From: an uncultured Gemmatimonadales bacterium
Lineage (GTDB): Bacteria > Gemmatimonadota > Gemmatimonadetes > Gemmatimonadales > Gemmatimonadaceae
Assembly (NCBI GenBank): GCA_963701965.1
Contig: OY969695.1
Coordinates: 4,768,001-4,832,000, forward strand
Direction: 5' to 3'
Length of the DNA stretch: 64,000 nucleotides
Below the pieces are notes generated by a model, which saw nothing but the letters and a program-made list of their open reading frames with translations, was not told where the DNA came from and did not search any database. The position numbers and the translations under genes were made by a program. Below, one piece after another: positions 39,085 to 50,470 of the stretch (its first letter is position 1; the number at the start of each line of letters is the position of its first letter).

Positions 39085-40004
39085 GCGGCGCCGACGCGCC
39101 CGTTCCAGCGCCGGCGCCCGAGCGTCTCACGGGCTGTGGCACGGCGCTGGTGACGCCTTTTGCCGTCAATGGGGCCGTCGACGAGCGGTCGCTCGGCCAG
39201 CTCGTCGCCTGGCAAATCGCGCAGGGGATCGACTTTCTGGTGCCGTGCGGCTCGACGGGAGAGGCCGCCACCATGAGCGTCAATGAGCATGTGCGCGTTG
39301 TCACGCGGACGGCCGAGCAGGCGGCAGGCCGGGTGCCGATCGTCGCGGGGGCCGGGTCCAATGACACCAAGAAAGCCATCGCGCTCTCGCGCGCGTTGCG
39401 GGCGAGTGGCGCTACGCATCTGCTGCATGTCGTTCCCATGTACAACAAGCCGCCGCAGCGCGGATTGCTGGCGCATTTTCGGGCGATTGCGGACGCGGCA
39501 GACCTGCCCATCATCCTGTACAACGTTCCGGGGAGAACGGCGGTCAACATGCTCGCCGAGACGACGCTGGCGCTGGCCGAGCATCCCAACATCGTGGGCG
39601 TCAAAGAGGCATCGGGCGATCTGGCGCAGATCTCGGAGATTCTGCGGTCCCGGCCGGCGGGGTTCACCGTGTTGTCTGGCGACGACGCGCTAACGCTGGC
39701 CGTGGTGGCCGAGGGCGGCGACGGGGTGATCTCGGTGATCTCGAACGCGACGCCGCGGGCGATGGCCGAGCTGGTCGCGTTGGCGCAGGCCGAGGACCTG
39801 GGCGGCGCGCGCGCGGTCCACGACCGGTTGGAGCCTTGGATGCGGGCGGCGTTCATCGAGTCCAACCCCATACCCGTCAAAGCCGCTCTCGTGATGATGG
39901 ACCGCATCGGTCCCGTGCTTCGGCTGCCGCTCGTGCCGTTGGCCGAGTCCCACCTGGGCGCGGTGCGGGCGAGCCTCGTGGCCGCCGGTGCGTTGACCGC
40001 GTGA
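39081..40004 (+). CDS. dapA: 4-hydroxy-tetrahydrodipicolinate synthase
   Basis: ALVTPF, GSTGE, LYNVPGRT, GVKEASG and SNPIPVK motifs. Confidence 0.95.
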   Translation: MSGADAPVPAPAPERLTGCGTALVTPFAVNGAVDERSLGQLVAWQIAQGIDFLVPCGSTGEAATMSVNEHVRVVTRTAEQAAGRVPIVAGAGSNDTKKAIALSRALRASGATHLLHVVPMYNKPPQRGLLAHFRAIADAADLPIILYNVPGRTAVNMLAETTLALAEHPNIVGVKEASGDLAQISEILRSRPAGFTVLSGDDALTLAVVAEGGDGVISVISNATPRAMAELVALAQAEDLGGARAVHDRLEPWMRAAFIESNPIPVKAALVMMDRIGPVLRLPLVPLAESHLGAVRASLVAAGALTA

Positions 40005-40831
40005 GCGAGCTCGAACAGGAGATCACGACGCTGGCCGCTTCCGGCGGACCAGCGGCGACCGTGCGCAGCGCTGTCGAGCGGCTGCTCAACGAATTGGAGA
40101 GTGGCGCGCTGCGCGCGGCCGTGCGGGACGATCGAGGCTACCGGGCGGTCCCGTGGGTCGAGCAGGGGATCCTGCTGGGGTTTCGCGTCGGGATCCTCGC
40201 CGACCTCGGTCCGTCCGAGGGTCCGTTTTCGTTCATCGACAAGGACACGTTTCCCACGCGGCGGTTCACCGTCGCCGATGGCATCCGCGTCGTGCCGGGA
40301 GGCTCCACGGTCCGACGCGGCGCCTACCTCGCGCCCGGCGTCGTGTGCATGCCGCCAATGTTCGTGAACGTCGGCGCCTACGTCGGCCCGGACACAATGA
40401 TCGACTCGCACGCCCTCGTCGGGTCGTGCGCCCAGATCGGCGCGCGCGTGCATCTGAGCGCCGGCGCACAGATCGGCGGCGTGCTGGAGCCGGTCAATGC
40501 GGCGCCCGTGGTCATCGAGGACGACGTGCTCGTCGGTGGGAACTGCGGCGTGTACGAAGGGGCCATCGTGCGCGCCGGCGCCGTGCTCGCCGCCGGCGTC
40601 ATCCTCACGCGCGGCACGCCGGTGTACGATTTGGTGCGCGAAACCGTGTATCGCGCCGAGCACGGCGCGCCGCTGGAAATCCCCGCCGGAGCGGTCGTCG
40701 TGCCCGGGGCCCGGGCGGTGGCCGCCGGGTGGGGACGCGAGCAGCAGCTCGCCGTGCAGACCCCGGTAGTGATCAAGTATCGCGACGAGAAAACGTCCGC
40801 GGCCGTCGCCCTCGAGTCGTGGTTGCGATGA
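40001..40831 (+). CDS. dapD: Tetrahydrodipicolinate N-succinyltransferase
   Basis: VNVGAYV, VGSCAQIG and IGGVLEP hexapeptide region. Confidence 0.93.
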   Translation: MSELEQEITTLAASGGPAATVRSAVERLLNELESGALRAAVRDDRGYRAVPWVEQGILLGFRVGILADLGPSEGPFSFIDKDTFPTRRFTVADGIRVVPGGSTVRRGAYLAPGVVCMPPMFVNVGAYVGPDTMIDSHALVGSCAQIGARVHLSAGAQIGGVLEPVNAAPVVIEDDVLVGGNCGVYEGAIVRAGAVLAAGVILTRGTPVYDLVRETVYRAEHGAPLEIPAGAVVVPGARAVAAGWGREQQLAVQTPVVIKYRDEKTSAAVALESWLR

Positions 40832-42114
40832 CCGGGCGCGCGATGGGCCTTCGGGTCCACGGTCGAGTCATCGTGCCCGGCGACAAGTCGATCTCGCATC
40901 GCGCCCTGATCTTCGCCGCCCTCGCGGAGTCGGGTGAGACGTCCGTCGTGCGGGCCATTCTCGACTCGGCCGACGTCCGATCGACGGCCGGTGTTCTGCG
41001 GGCGCTGGGTGTGGCCATTCCCGAGCTATCCAGCGCGATGCGGATCTCCGGCGTCGGACGCCGCGGTTTCCGCGCCGCGGCGCACGCGCTCGAGTGCGGC
41101 AACAGCGGCACTACGGCCCGGCTTCTGTCGGGCGTCCTCGCCGCGTGCCCGTTCCGCAGTACGCTGATCGGCGACGCCAGTCTGAGCCGGCGGCCAATGC
41201 GGCGCGTGGCGCGTCCACTCGAGGCCATGGGCGCCCGCATCACGTTCGACGACGGCGACCACCTGCCAATGCACGTGACAGGCGGATCGCTCGCCACCGT
41301 CCGTTGGCGGAGCGAAACGGCCAGCGCACAGGTGAAGAGCGCGGTGCTCCTGGCCGGTCTCGTGGCCGGTGTGGCGGTGACCGTCGAGGAGCCGCTGGCC
41401 TCGCGCGATCATACCGAGCGTTTCTTGCGTGCGCTGGGCGCGCCGCTGCGCGTCGACGGCACCACTGTCACGCTGGATCCCGCCCCGCCACTGCGCGGAT
41501 TCGAGCTGAGCGTGCCCGGCGACCCATCGTCGGCCGCGTTTTTCGCCGGTCTCGCTTCGCTCGCCGACGAGGGTGAGCTCTCGCTCACGGGGGTGCTCGC
41601 GAGTCCGGCTCGGGATGGGTTTTTTCGGACCCTTCAAGACATGGGTGGACGGGTGGCGCGCGGCGCGTCACGGGAGACGGCGTCAGGTGAAACCGTCACC
41701 GACTACGTCATAGGCGCGGCGCCGCTGCGCGGCGTCCGCGTCGTGCCCGGGCTCGTGCCCACGATGATCGATGAGTTGCCGCTGGTGGCGTGTTTGGCGG
41801 CGCATGCGGAGGGTGAGACGGTCATCGAAGGGGCGGAAGAACTGCGGGTGAAAGAGAGTGATCGCATCGCGGTGACCGTGGCCAACCTCCGCGCTCTGGG
41901 CGTGGAGGCCGAGGAGCGGCCCGATGGGATGACGGTCGTGGGAACCACGGCTTCGCTCCGGGGCACGGTCCAGACCCACGGCGACCACCGCATCGCGATG
42001 GCGTTCGCCGTGCTCGGCCGCCGCCGCGGGAACGCGATCGGGATCGATGATCCGGATTGCGTGTCGGTGTCGTTTCCCGCGTTCTGGCGCACCCTCGAAG
42101 AGGTGACGCGTTGA
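40828..42114 (+). CDS. aroA: EPSP synthase
   Basis: PGDKSISHRA, CGNSGTTAR, SAQVKSA, ELRVKESDR and DHRIAMAF motifs. Confidence 0.96.
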   Translation: MTGRAMGLRVHGRVIVPGDKSISHRALIFAALAESGETSVVRAILDSADVRSTAGVLRALGVAIPELSSAMRISGVGRRGFRAAAHALECGNSGTTARLLSGVLAACPFRSTLIGDASLSRRPMRRVARPLEAMGARITFDDGDHLPMHVTGGSLATVRWRSETASAQVKSAVLLAGLVAGVAVTVEEPLASRDHTERFLRALGAPLRVDGTTVTLDPAPPLRGFELSVPGDPSSAAFFAGLASLADEGELSLTGVLASPARDGFFRTLQDMGGRVARGASRETASGETVTDYVIGAAPLRGVRVVPGLVPTMIDELPLVACLAAHAEGETVIEGAEELRVKESDRIAVTVANLRALGVEAEERPDGMTVVGTTASLRGTVQTHGDHRIAMAFAVLGRRRGNAIGIDDPDCVSVSFPAFWRTLEEVTR

Positions 42115-42809
42115 GCCGCCCGCGGCTGGTGATCGCCATCGACGGTCCGGCCGCATCCGGCAAATCTTCGACGGCGCAGTGGGTGGCCGAGCAGCTCGGG
42201 TTTCGGCACGTGGACTCGGGCGCCCTCTATCGCGCGGCGACGGCGGCGGCCCTGCGCGCGGAGCCGGACGACGCCCGGTGGGACGAGGCGCTGGTGACGG
42301 GGCGGACCGACGGCATCACGCTCGTGCCGTCCCGCACGTCGTTCGTCCCCCACATCGGCGGAGTCAATGTCACGGCTGACGTGCGATCTCCGGCAGTGAC
42401 CCGGTCCGTGTCGCGCGTCGCGCAGATGCCGGCGGTCCGGGCGTGGGTGAACGACCAGGTGCGATCCGTGGCCCGGGAGCACGACATCGTCGTGGATGGC
42501 CGGGACATGGGCACCGTGGTGTTTCCCGACGCCGCCCTCAAGATCTTTTTGATCGCCGATCCCTGGGAGCGCGCCCGGCGCCGCCTCATTGAGCGCTACT
42601 CCCGCGGCCCAACGGACGCCGAGATCGCCGAGGAAACCGACGCCCTGGTGCAGCGCGACGCCCGCGACAAGATGCAGACCGTTCAGGCGAAAGATGCGAT
42701 TCTCATCGACACCACGACTCTGACCCAGGAGGAGCAAGTGGGCCGCATCGTGGCGCTCGCCGAGGCCGCAATGGAGCGGGAGCTGGGGGCCGAGGGCCAA
42801 ACGCCCTAA
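42111..42809 (+). CDS. cmk: Cytidylate kinase
   Basis: IAIDGPAASGKSS, DSGALYR and DGRDMGTVVFPDA motifs. Confidence 0.95.
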   Translation: MSRPRLVIAIDGPAASGKSSTAQWVAEQLGFRHVDSGALYRAATAAALRAEPDDARWDEALVTGRTDGITLVPSRTSFVPHIGGVNVTADVRSPAVTRSVSRVAQMPAVRAWVNDQVRSVAREHDIVVDGRDMGTVVFPDAALKIFLIADPWERARRRLIERYSRGPTDAEIAEETDALVQRDARDKMQTVQAKDAILIDTTTLTQEEQVGRIVALAEAAMERELGAEGQTP

Positions 42810-42828
42810 GTCGCAATGCGACTTCTCA

Positions 42829-42857
42829 TTGACTCGATCGTCAGCTACGGCTAGGTT
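42829..42857 (+). promoter_or_regulatory. Putative sigma-70 promoter of rpsA
   Basis: TTGACT-N17-TAGGTT. Confidence 0.6.
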
Positions 42858-42948
42858 TTTGGGTTCCCTCAGTGCGCCTTCGGTTTACCCCAACCTCGCG
42901 CGCGGCGAGCAGATAGTCCGCGTGGTCACAAGGAGATTCTTGGCCGCT

Positions 42949-44779
42949 ATGCCCGAGCTCGAAACCCCGGTCCCAACCCCCAACTCTTCCCCGGCCGTCA
43001 ATGGCGGGCCAGGTGCACCGCTCACGCAGCGCGAGAAGCGCGATATGCAGAAAGCGCAGCTCCGCCCGTTGGCCAACCGCCGCCCCGAATTGTACGACGA
43101 GGACGAGTACGCCCCGGACTCGGATGAGTACGAGCGGATGTTCGAGCTGTACCAGGGCACGATGGCCTCGATCGAGGAAGGCGAGATCGTCCGGGCCACG
43201 GTGCAGGGCATTCGCGACAACATGGTCGTCCTCGACATCGGCTTCAAATCCGAAGGCACTGTCCCGTACGAAGAGTTCAAGGACATGCCGGAGCTCAAGG
43301 CCGGGGACATCGTCGAAGTGTTGCTCGAGCACCTCGAGGACCAGGAAGGCTCGGTCGTCCTGTCGAAGAAGAAGGCCGACTTCATGCGCGTGTGGGAGCG
43401 CATCCGGGTCGCCTACGAGACCGATCAGCCGGTCGAAGGGACGCTGGTCAAGAAGATCAAGGGCGGCGTCGTGGTCGACCTCATGGGTGTCGACGCGTTC
43501 CTGCCGGGCTCCCAGATCGCGCTCCGCCGCGTGCCGAACATCGACGAGCTGCTCGGGCAGAAGTACGAGTTCAAGATCATCAAGCTCAACAAGCGCCGGC
43601 GGAACATCGTCGTTTCGCGCCGGGTGATCCTCGAGGCCGAACGCGCGGGCAAGCGCGAGAAGCTGATGAAGGAGCTGCAGAAGGACCAAGTGCGGAAGGG
43701 CGTGGTCAAGAACATCACGGACTTCGGCGCCTTCATCGATCTGGGCGGTGTCGACGGTTTGCTGCACATCACCGACATGTCGTGGGGCCGGATCGCCCAT
43801 CCGTCGGAGAATGGTGCACATCGGTCAGGAACTGGAAGTCAAAGTCCTGGACATCGACTGGGAGCGGGAGCGCATCTCGCTCGGCCTCAAGCAGCTCCAG
43901 AGCTACCCGTGGAAGGACGTCGCGGCCAAGTACCCGGTCGGGACCCGCGTGCACGGGAAGGTCGTGTCGATCACGAATTACGGCGCGTTCATCGAGCTGG
44001 AGCCCGGCATTGAAGGGCTGGTGCACATCAGCGAGATGAGCTGGACGCGCAACGTGCGGCACCCGTCGAAGCTCGTGTCGATCGGCGAGGCCATCGAGGC
44101 CGTGGTCCTCAAGGTCGATCCGAACGAAGAGAAGATCTCGCTCGGCATGAAGCAGACCGAGCAGGATCCCTGGGTCGTCCTGCCCTTGAAGTACCCCGTT
44201 GGAACGCGCATTACGGGTAAAGTCAGGAACTTGACCAGCTTCGGTGCGTTCGTGGAGATCGAGCCGGGCATCAATGGTCTGATCCACATCTCGGACATGT
44301 CGTGGACGAAGCGGGTCCAGCACCCGTCCGAGGTCGTGAAGAAGGGCGACACCGTCGACGTGGTGATCCTCAACATCGATTCCGACAACAAGCGGATCAG
44401 CCTCGGGCTCAAGCAGGCCGAAGAGGATCCGTGGCTGCGGATCGGCGAGAACTACCCGGTCGGGACGGAGTTGCGCGGGGTCGTCGTCCGGCTCATGGAC
44501 AAGGGTGTCGTGGTCGATATCGGCAACGACATCGAGGGTTTCGTCCCGGTGAGCCAGCTCAACAACGGCAAACCCGTGTCGAGCCCGGCGGACATCGTCT
44601 ATGAGACGATGAACCTCAATGTGCGGATCCTGGAGGTGGACCCGATCCACCGGCGCATCGTGCTGGCGGTGACGGGGATTCCGGAAGAGCAGCCGCCGCG
44701 TCCGGAGACGCCGTCCAAGGTCATCCCAATGGACTCGGAGAACGACATCGGGCCCATCACGGGCTCCGAGGAGATCTAG
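42949..44779 (+). CDS. rpsA: 30S ribosomal protein S1; single-base frameshift near 43810
   Basis: Repeated S1 domains (ITDFGAFIDLGGVDGLLHITDMSW; ITNYGAFIELEPGIEGLVHISEMSW) split over two frames. Confidence 0.95.
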
Positions 44780-44809
44780 CGGGGTGCCAAAGGTCACCCC
44801 GCCAGATCT
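44772..44809 (+). terminator. Stem-loop at the end of rpsA
   Basis: AGATCTAGCGGGGTG-N8-CACCCCGCCAGATCT. Confidence 0.55.
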
Positions 44810-44856
44810 AGTCGGTTGGACTGCGCTCGGCTCCGCCGAGCTCTAGCGACTTGTCC

Positions 44857-46401
<1,545 letters not shown>

Positions 46402-46468
46402 GAGTCTGCGACTCTCACAGGAAATATCTTGTCGGTTGCCAGGGATTCTGGCTGCGCCAGAATCCCCC

Positions 46469-47983
46469 ATGATTGGCAAAGTTCTGGTCGCGAACCGCGG
46501 CGAGATCGCGATTCGGGTGATGCGGGCCTGCCGGGAGATGGGGATCCGGTCGGTGGCGGTGTACAGCGACGCCGACGGGGCGGCGCCGCATGCGCGGTCG
46601 GCGGACGAGGCGGTGGGACTCGGCCCCGGCCCGTCGCGCGAGACGTACCTGGATATCGGCAAGATCATCGCCGCCGCCAAAGCGACGGCCGCCGATGCGG
46701 TGCACCCCGGCTATGGTTTCCTGTCGGAGCGCGCCGAGTTCGCGCGGGCGGTGCGGGATGCCGGATTGACGTTCATCGGGCCGCCGGCCGAGGCCATCGA
46801 GGCCATGGGCAGCAAGACGGCGGCGCGCCGCCTCGCCCAGTCGGCGGGTGTCCCCGTGGTGCCGGGCACGACGGAGCCGTTGCGCGATGCTCAGGAGGCC
46901 GCCAGCATCGCCGAGCAGTTCGGGTACCCGGTGCTGCTCAAGGCCGCGGCCGGCGGTGGCGGCAAAGGGATGCGCGTGGTGCACAACGCGTCCGAGATCG
47001 GTGGCGCGCTCGACGCCGCGCGACGCGAGGCCAAGAACGCGTTTGGCGATGACGCGGTGTACGTCGAGAAGTACATCGTCGGCCCGCGCCACATCGAGAT
47101 CCAGGTCCTCGCTGACAGCCACGGGACCGTCATCGCGCTCGGTGAGCGCGAGTGCTCCGTGCAGCGACGCCACCAAAAAGTCGTCGAGGAGGCTCCGAGT
47201 ATCGCCGTGAGCCCGGAGTTGCGGCGCGCGATGGGGGAGACGGCGATCCGCGCGGCCTGCGCGGCCGGCTACGTCAACGCCGGCACGTGCGAGTTTTTGC
47301 TCGATCGGGATGGGCATTTCTACTTTCTGGAAATGAACACCCGCATTCAAGTCGAGCACCCCGTGACGGAATTCGTGTACGGCCTCGACCTCGTGCAGTG
47401 GCAACTGCGGATTGCCGCCGGCGAGCGGATCCCCGAGTGGCTCGCCACCGGGCTTACGCCCCGCGGCTGGGCCATCGAGTGTCGCATCACGAGCGAGGAT
47501 CCCGCCGCCGGGTTTCTGCCGTCGACCGGCCGCGTGAGCGCGCTGCACCTGCCCACCGGACCGGGCGTGCAATGGGACGGCGGCATCGAGGCCGGCAGCG
47601 AGATCGGGCTGCTCTACGATCCGCTGTTGGCGAAGCTCATCGTGTGGGCCCCGACCCGCGAGACGGCCGTCGCGCGCATGGAGCGCGCCCTTGGCGAGCT
47701 CGTGATCGAGGGCGTGGAGACGTCGCGCGATTTTCATCTGCGCGTCATGTCCGACGCGGAGTTTCGCGCCGGGGCCATCGACATCCATTGGTTGGAGCGG
47801 CGTCTGCCCTCCCTGATCGATCGGCCGGCGCCGGCATCGCTGATCGATCTGGCCGCGCTGGCCGGGGCGCTCCTCGCCAACGATCAACGCGGTGTGGTGG
47901 CGCCGGTGGCGCCGGCCCCCGCGACGCCCATCGCGGCCGGGAGCGGGTGGCTCTCCGTCGCGCGGAGCGAGGGGCTTCGATAG
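46469..47983 (+). CDS. Biotin carboxylase subunit
   Basis: ANRGEIA, HPGYGFLSE, GGGGKGMR and EMNTRIQVEHPVTE motifs. Confidence 0.93.
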   Translation: MIGKVLVANRGEIAIRVMRACREMGIRSVAVYSDADGAAPHARSADEAVGLGPGPSRETYLDIGKIIAAAKATAADAVHPGYGFLSERAEFARAVRDAGLTFIGPPAEAIEAMGSKTAARRLAQSAGVPVVPGTTEPLRDAQEAASIAEQFGYPVLLKAAAGGGGKGMRVVHNASEIGGALDAARREAKNAFGDDAVYVEKYIVGPRHIEIQVLADSHGTVIALGERECSVQRRHQKVVEEAPSIAVSPELRRAMGETAIRAACAAGYVNAGTCEFLLDRDGHFYFLEMNTRIQVEHPVTEFVYGLDLVQWQLRIAAGERIPEWLATGLTPRGWAIECRITSEDPAAGFLPSTGRVSALHLPTGPGVQWDGGIEAGSEIGLLYDPLLAKLIVWAPTRETAVARMERALGELVIEGVETSRDFHLRVMSDAEFRAGAIDIHWLERRLPSLIDRPAPASLIDLAALAGALLANDQRGVVAPVAPAPATPIAAGSGWLSVARSEGLR

Positions 47984-49203
47984 TGCCGGAGGCCGAAGTC
48001 GACATCGAGACCATAGCCGCCGGCGGTGATGGCGTGGGGCGCATCGAGGCCGGGTTGGTCACCTTCGTTCCGCGCACCGCGCCGGGCGATCGGGCGCGTA
48101 TTCGCTATGCGGCGGGGCGGCGGTTTGCGCGCGGGGAGTTGGAGCGTCTCGTGCGCGCGTCCCCGGTACGCATCGCGCCCCGTTGCAGCCACTACGTTGG
48201 CGACCGGTGCGGGGGATGTACGCTTCAGCACCTGGCGTACGAAGCGCAGCTCGAGGCGAAAGCGCGTATCGTGCGCGACGCACTGGTTCGCATCGGGCAT
48301 CGCCAAGTCCCGTTGCCGGAGATCGTGCCCAGTCCGCGTCCGTGGGGATACCGGTCGAAGCTCACCCTCGCCATGCGGCGCCGGGAAGGACGGTGGATCG
48401 CCGGCCTGCATCCGTATGACGACGCCGAGGCCGTATTCGCGCTCCGCGAGTGTCCGATCACGGAAGAGCCGGTGCTCGCGGTCTGGCGCGCGATTCTGGC
48501 GGCGGGCGAGTGGTTGCCGGCCGTGGACGCGCTGCGCGGGGCCGTGCGGGTGGTGGACGGGAGCGCGACCTTCGTGCTCGAAGGGGCGCGGCAATGGGAC
48601 ACCCACGCGCAATTCTTCGCGGCGGTGGCCGGGATCGGGGAGCTGTGGTGGACCCCCGAGGATGGCGCGCCGCGCGCGTTGCATCGGCGGGGTCTCGCGG
48701 CGCTCGGGATGTCCTTCGCGCAAGTCAATACCGCGTTGGCCGGGGCGCTGGAAAACGATGTGATCGAGCGCGCCCGGCGCTACGCGCCGGCGCGCGTCGT
48801 GGACGCCTACGCGGGGCGCGGCCACGTCGCGATCGCGCTCGCCCAAACGGCGCGCGTCACCGCCATCGAGAGTGATGCGCGGGCAGTGGCGTGGTGCCGG
48901 GAGCGGCTGGCGGAGGCGGGGGGATCGCGGGCGATCGCGGGTCGCGTGGAAGATGTGATCGCCGACGCGCTGCCGGCCGACGTCGTCGTGCTCAACCCAC
49001 CGCGCGCGGGCGTGCACGAGCGCGTGACGACGGCGCTGGCGGGTCCGGACGGGCCACGGGCGATCATCTATGTGAGCTGCGATCCCGCGACGCTCGCCCG
49101 CGATGTGAAACGCCTCGAGCCCTACGCCATCACGGCCGTGCGCGCCTTCGACATGTTCCCGCAGACCGCCCACGTCGAAACCGTGGTCGAGATGTCCCGA
49201 TGA
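47983..49203 (+). CDS. RNA (uracil-5)-methyltransferase, RlmD/TrmA family, with TRAM domain
   Basis: C..CGGC..QH, FAQVN, NPPRAG, YVSCDPATLARD and DMFPQTAHVE motifs. Confidence 0.9.
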   Translation: MPEAEVDIETIAAGGDGVGRIEAGLVTFVPRTAPGDRARIRYAAGRRFARGELERLVRASPVRIAPRCSHYVGDRCGGCTLQHLAYEAQLEAKARIVRDALVRIGHRQVPLPEIVPSPRPWGYRSKLTLAMRRREGRWIAGLHPYDDAEAVFALRECPITEEPVLAVWRAILAAGEWLPAVDALRGAVRVVDGSATFVLEGARQWDTHAQFFAAVAGIGELWWTPEDGAPRALHRRGLAALGMSFAQVNTALAGALENDVIERARRYAPARVVDAYAGRGHVAIALAQTARVTAIESDARAVAWCRERLAEAGGSRAIAGRVEDVIADALPADVVVLNPPRAGVHERVTTALAGPDGPRAIIYVSCDPATLARDVKRLEPYAITAVRAFDMFPQTAHVETVVEMSR

Positions 49204-49676
49204 GATACGTCGTCGACGTGAACGGCGAGCGAAAGACGGTCGACGTTCCCGGCGGGACGCCGGCGACCCTGACGCCGGTGCCGGGGTCTCCGGTCTGGAT
49301 CCTCACGGTGGGCGACACGACCCATCGCGTTCTGGTGCGATCCGGCGGGGCTCCGGGGCGGTACACGCTGTCGCTGGGCGGCTACCGGTTTGAAGTCGAG
49401 GCGCTCGACGAGCGCGCGCGCGCCATTCGCGAGATGACGCAAGCCGTAGCGGCACCGAGCGGTCCCAAGCCGCTCAAGGCGCCGATGCCGGGCCTCATCG
49501 TGCGCGTCCTCGTGGCGCCCGGCGACACGGTCGCCGCGGGGCAGGGTCTCGTAGTAATGGAGGCCATGAAGATGGAAAACGAGCTGCGGGCGCCGGCCGC
49601 CGGGACGGTGCGCGCGGTGACCGCGACACCGGGGACCGCGGTCGAAAAGGGCGCCGTGCTCATCGAGCTCGCCTGA
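49200..49676 (+). CDS. Biotin carboxyl carrier protein
   Basis: APMPG and EAMKMENE biotinylation motif. Confidence 0.93.
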   Translation: MRYVVDVNGERKTVDVPGGTPATLTPVPGSPVWILTVGDTTHRVLVRSGGAPGRYTLSLGGYRFEVEALDERARAIREMTQAVAAPSGPKPLKAPMPGLIVRVLVAPGDTVAAGQGLVVMEAMKMENELRAPAAGTVRAVTATPGTAVEKGAVLIELA

Positions 49677-49714
49677 ATTTCCCGCTGAAACCAAAATTGC
49701 AACCGTGACTTGAC

Positions 49715-50465
49715 GGGTCGGCGCCCTCGCGGGCTACCGATCCTTCCGGCAACTGGCCGACTCGCTCGGGCGCCGCGGGATCGCCGTGCTGCGCATGGAC
49801 GACCGTGGGGTCGGTGCCTCCAAAGGCACGTTCAAGGGCACGACCGATGAAGGCTTCGCGGCGGACATCCGCGCCGGACTCGCGTACCTCGAGACGCGGC
49901 CCGAGATCGACGCCAAGCGCCTCGGCCTCATTGGGCACAGCGAAGGCGCGATGATCGCCCCCATGGTCGCCCGGGTCGACCCGGTCCGGGCGATCGTGCT
50001 CCTGGCGGGGGTGTCAGGCACGCTCATGCCGACCCTCCAATACCAGATGGGCAACAACATCGCGCATAACGCCAAACTTTCGTCGACGCAAAAAGACTCG
50101 GCGATGGCGGACCTGCCGACCAAGATCGACTCGATGATGGCCGCGGATCCCTGGTGGAAATTCATCCTGACACACGACTTCTCGGACGATCAGCGCCACG
50201 TGTCCTCCGCCTCGGTCCTCATCCTGACCGGTGAGCACGACCAGCAGGCCGAACCCAAGTATCAACCGGACATGGTCGCCAACTTCAAGGCGGCCGGCAA
50301 CCGCGACGTGACGGCATTGATCATCCCCGGGGTCGACCACCTGTTCGTGACGGATCCCGATGGGTTCCCCGGGGATACGCCAAACTGCCCACGCCCGTGA
50401 TGGTGCGCTCCGACGTCGTCGGCACGGTCGTGGACTGGCTCGTCCTCCGCCTTGGCACTAAATAG
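49715..50465 (+). pseudogene. 5'-truncated alpha/beta hydrolase; frameshift near 50372
   Basis: FRQLADSL..GIAVLRMDDRGVG, GHSEGA, D and H motifs; no start codon or N-terminal domain; 5' boundary approximate. Confidence 0.65.
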
Positions 50466-50470
50466 CCCCC

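Noticed and set aside
43800..43820. Programmed frameshift or pseudogenisation of rpsA
   Set aside because: Essential gene, no slippery sequence, and the same indel pattern occurs in many unrelated genes; error is more likely
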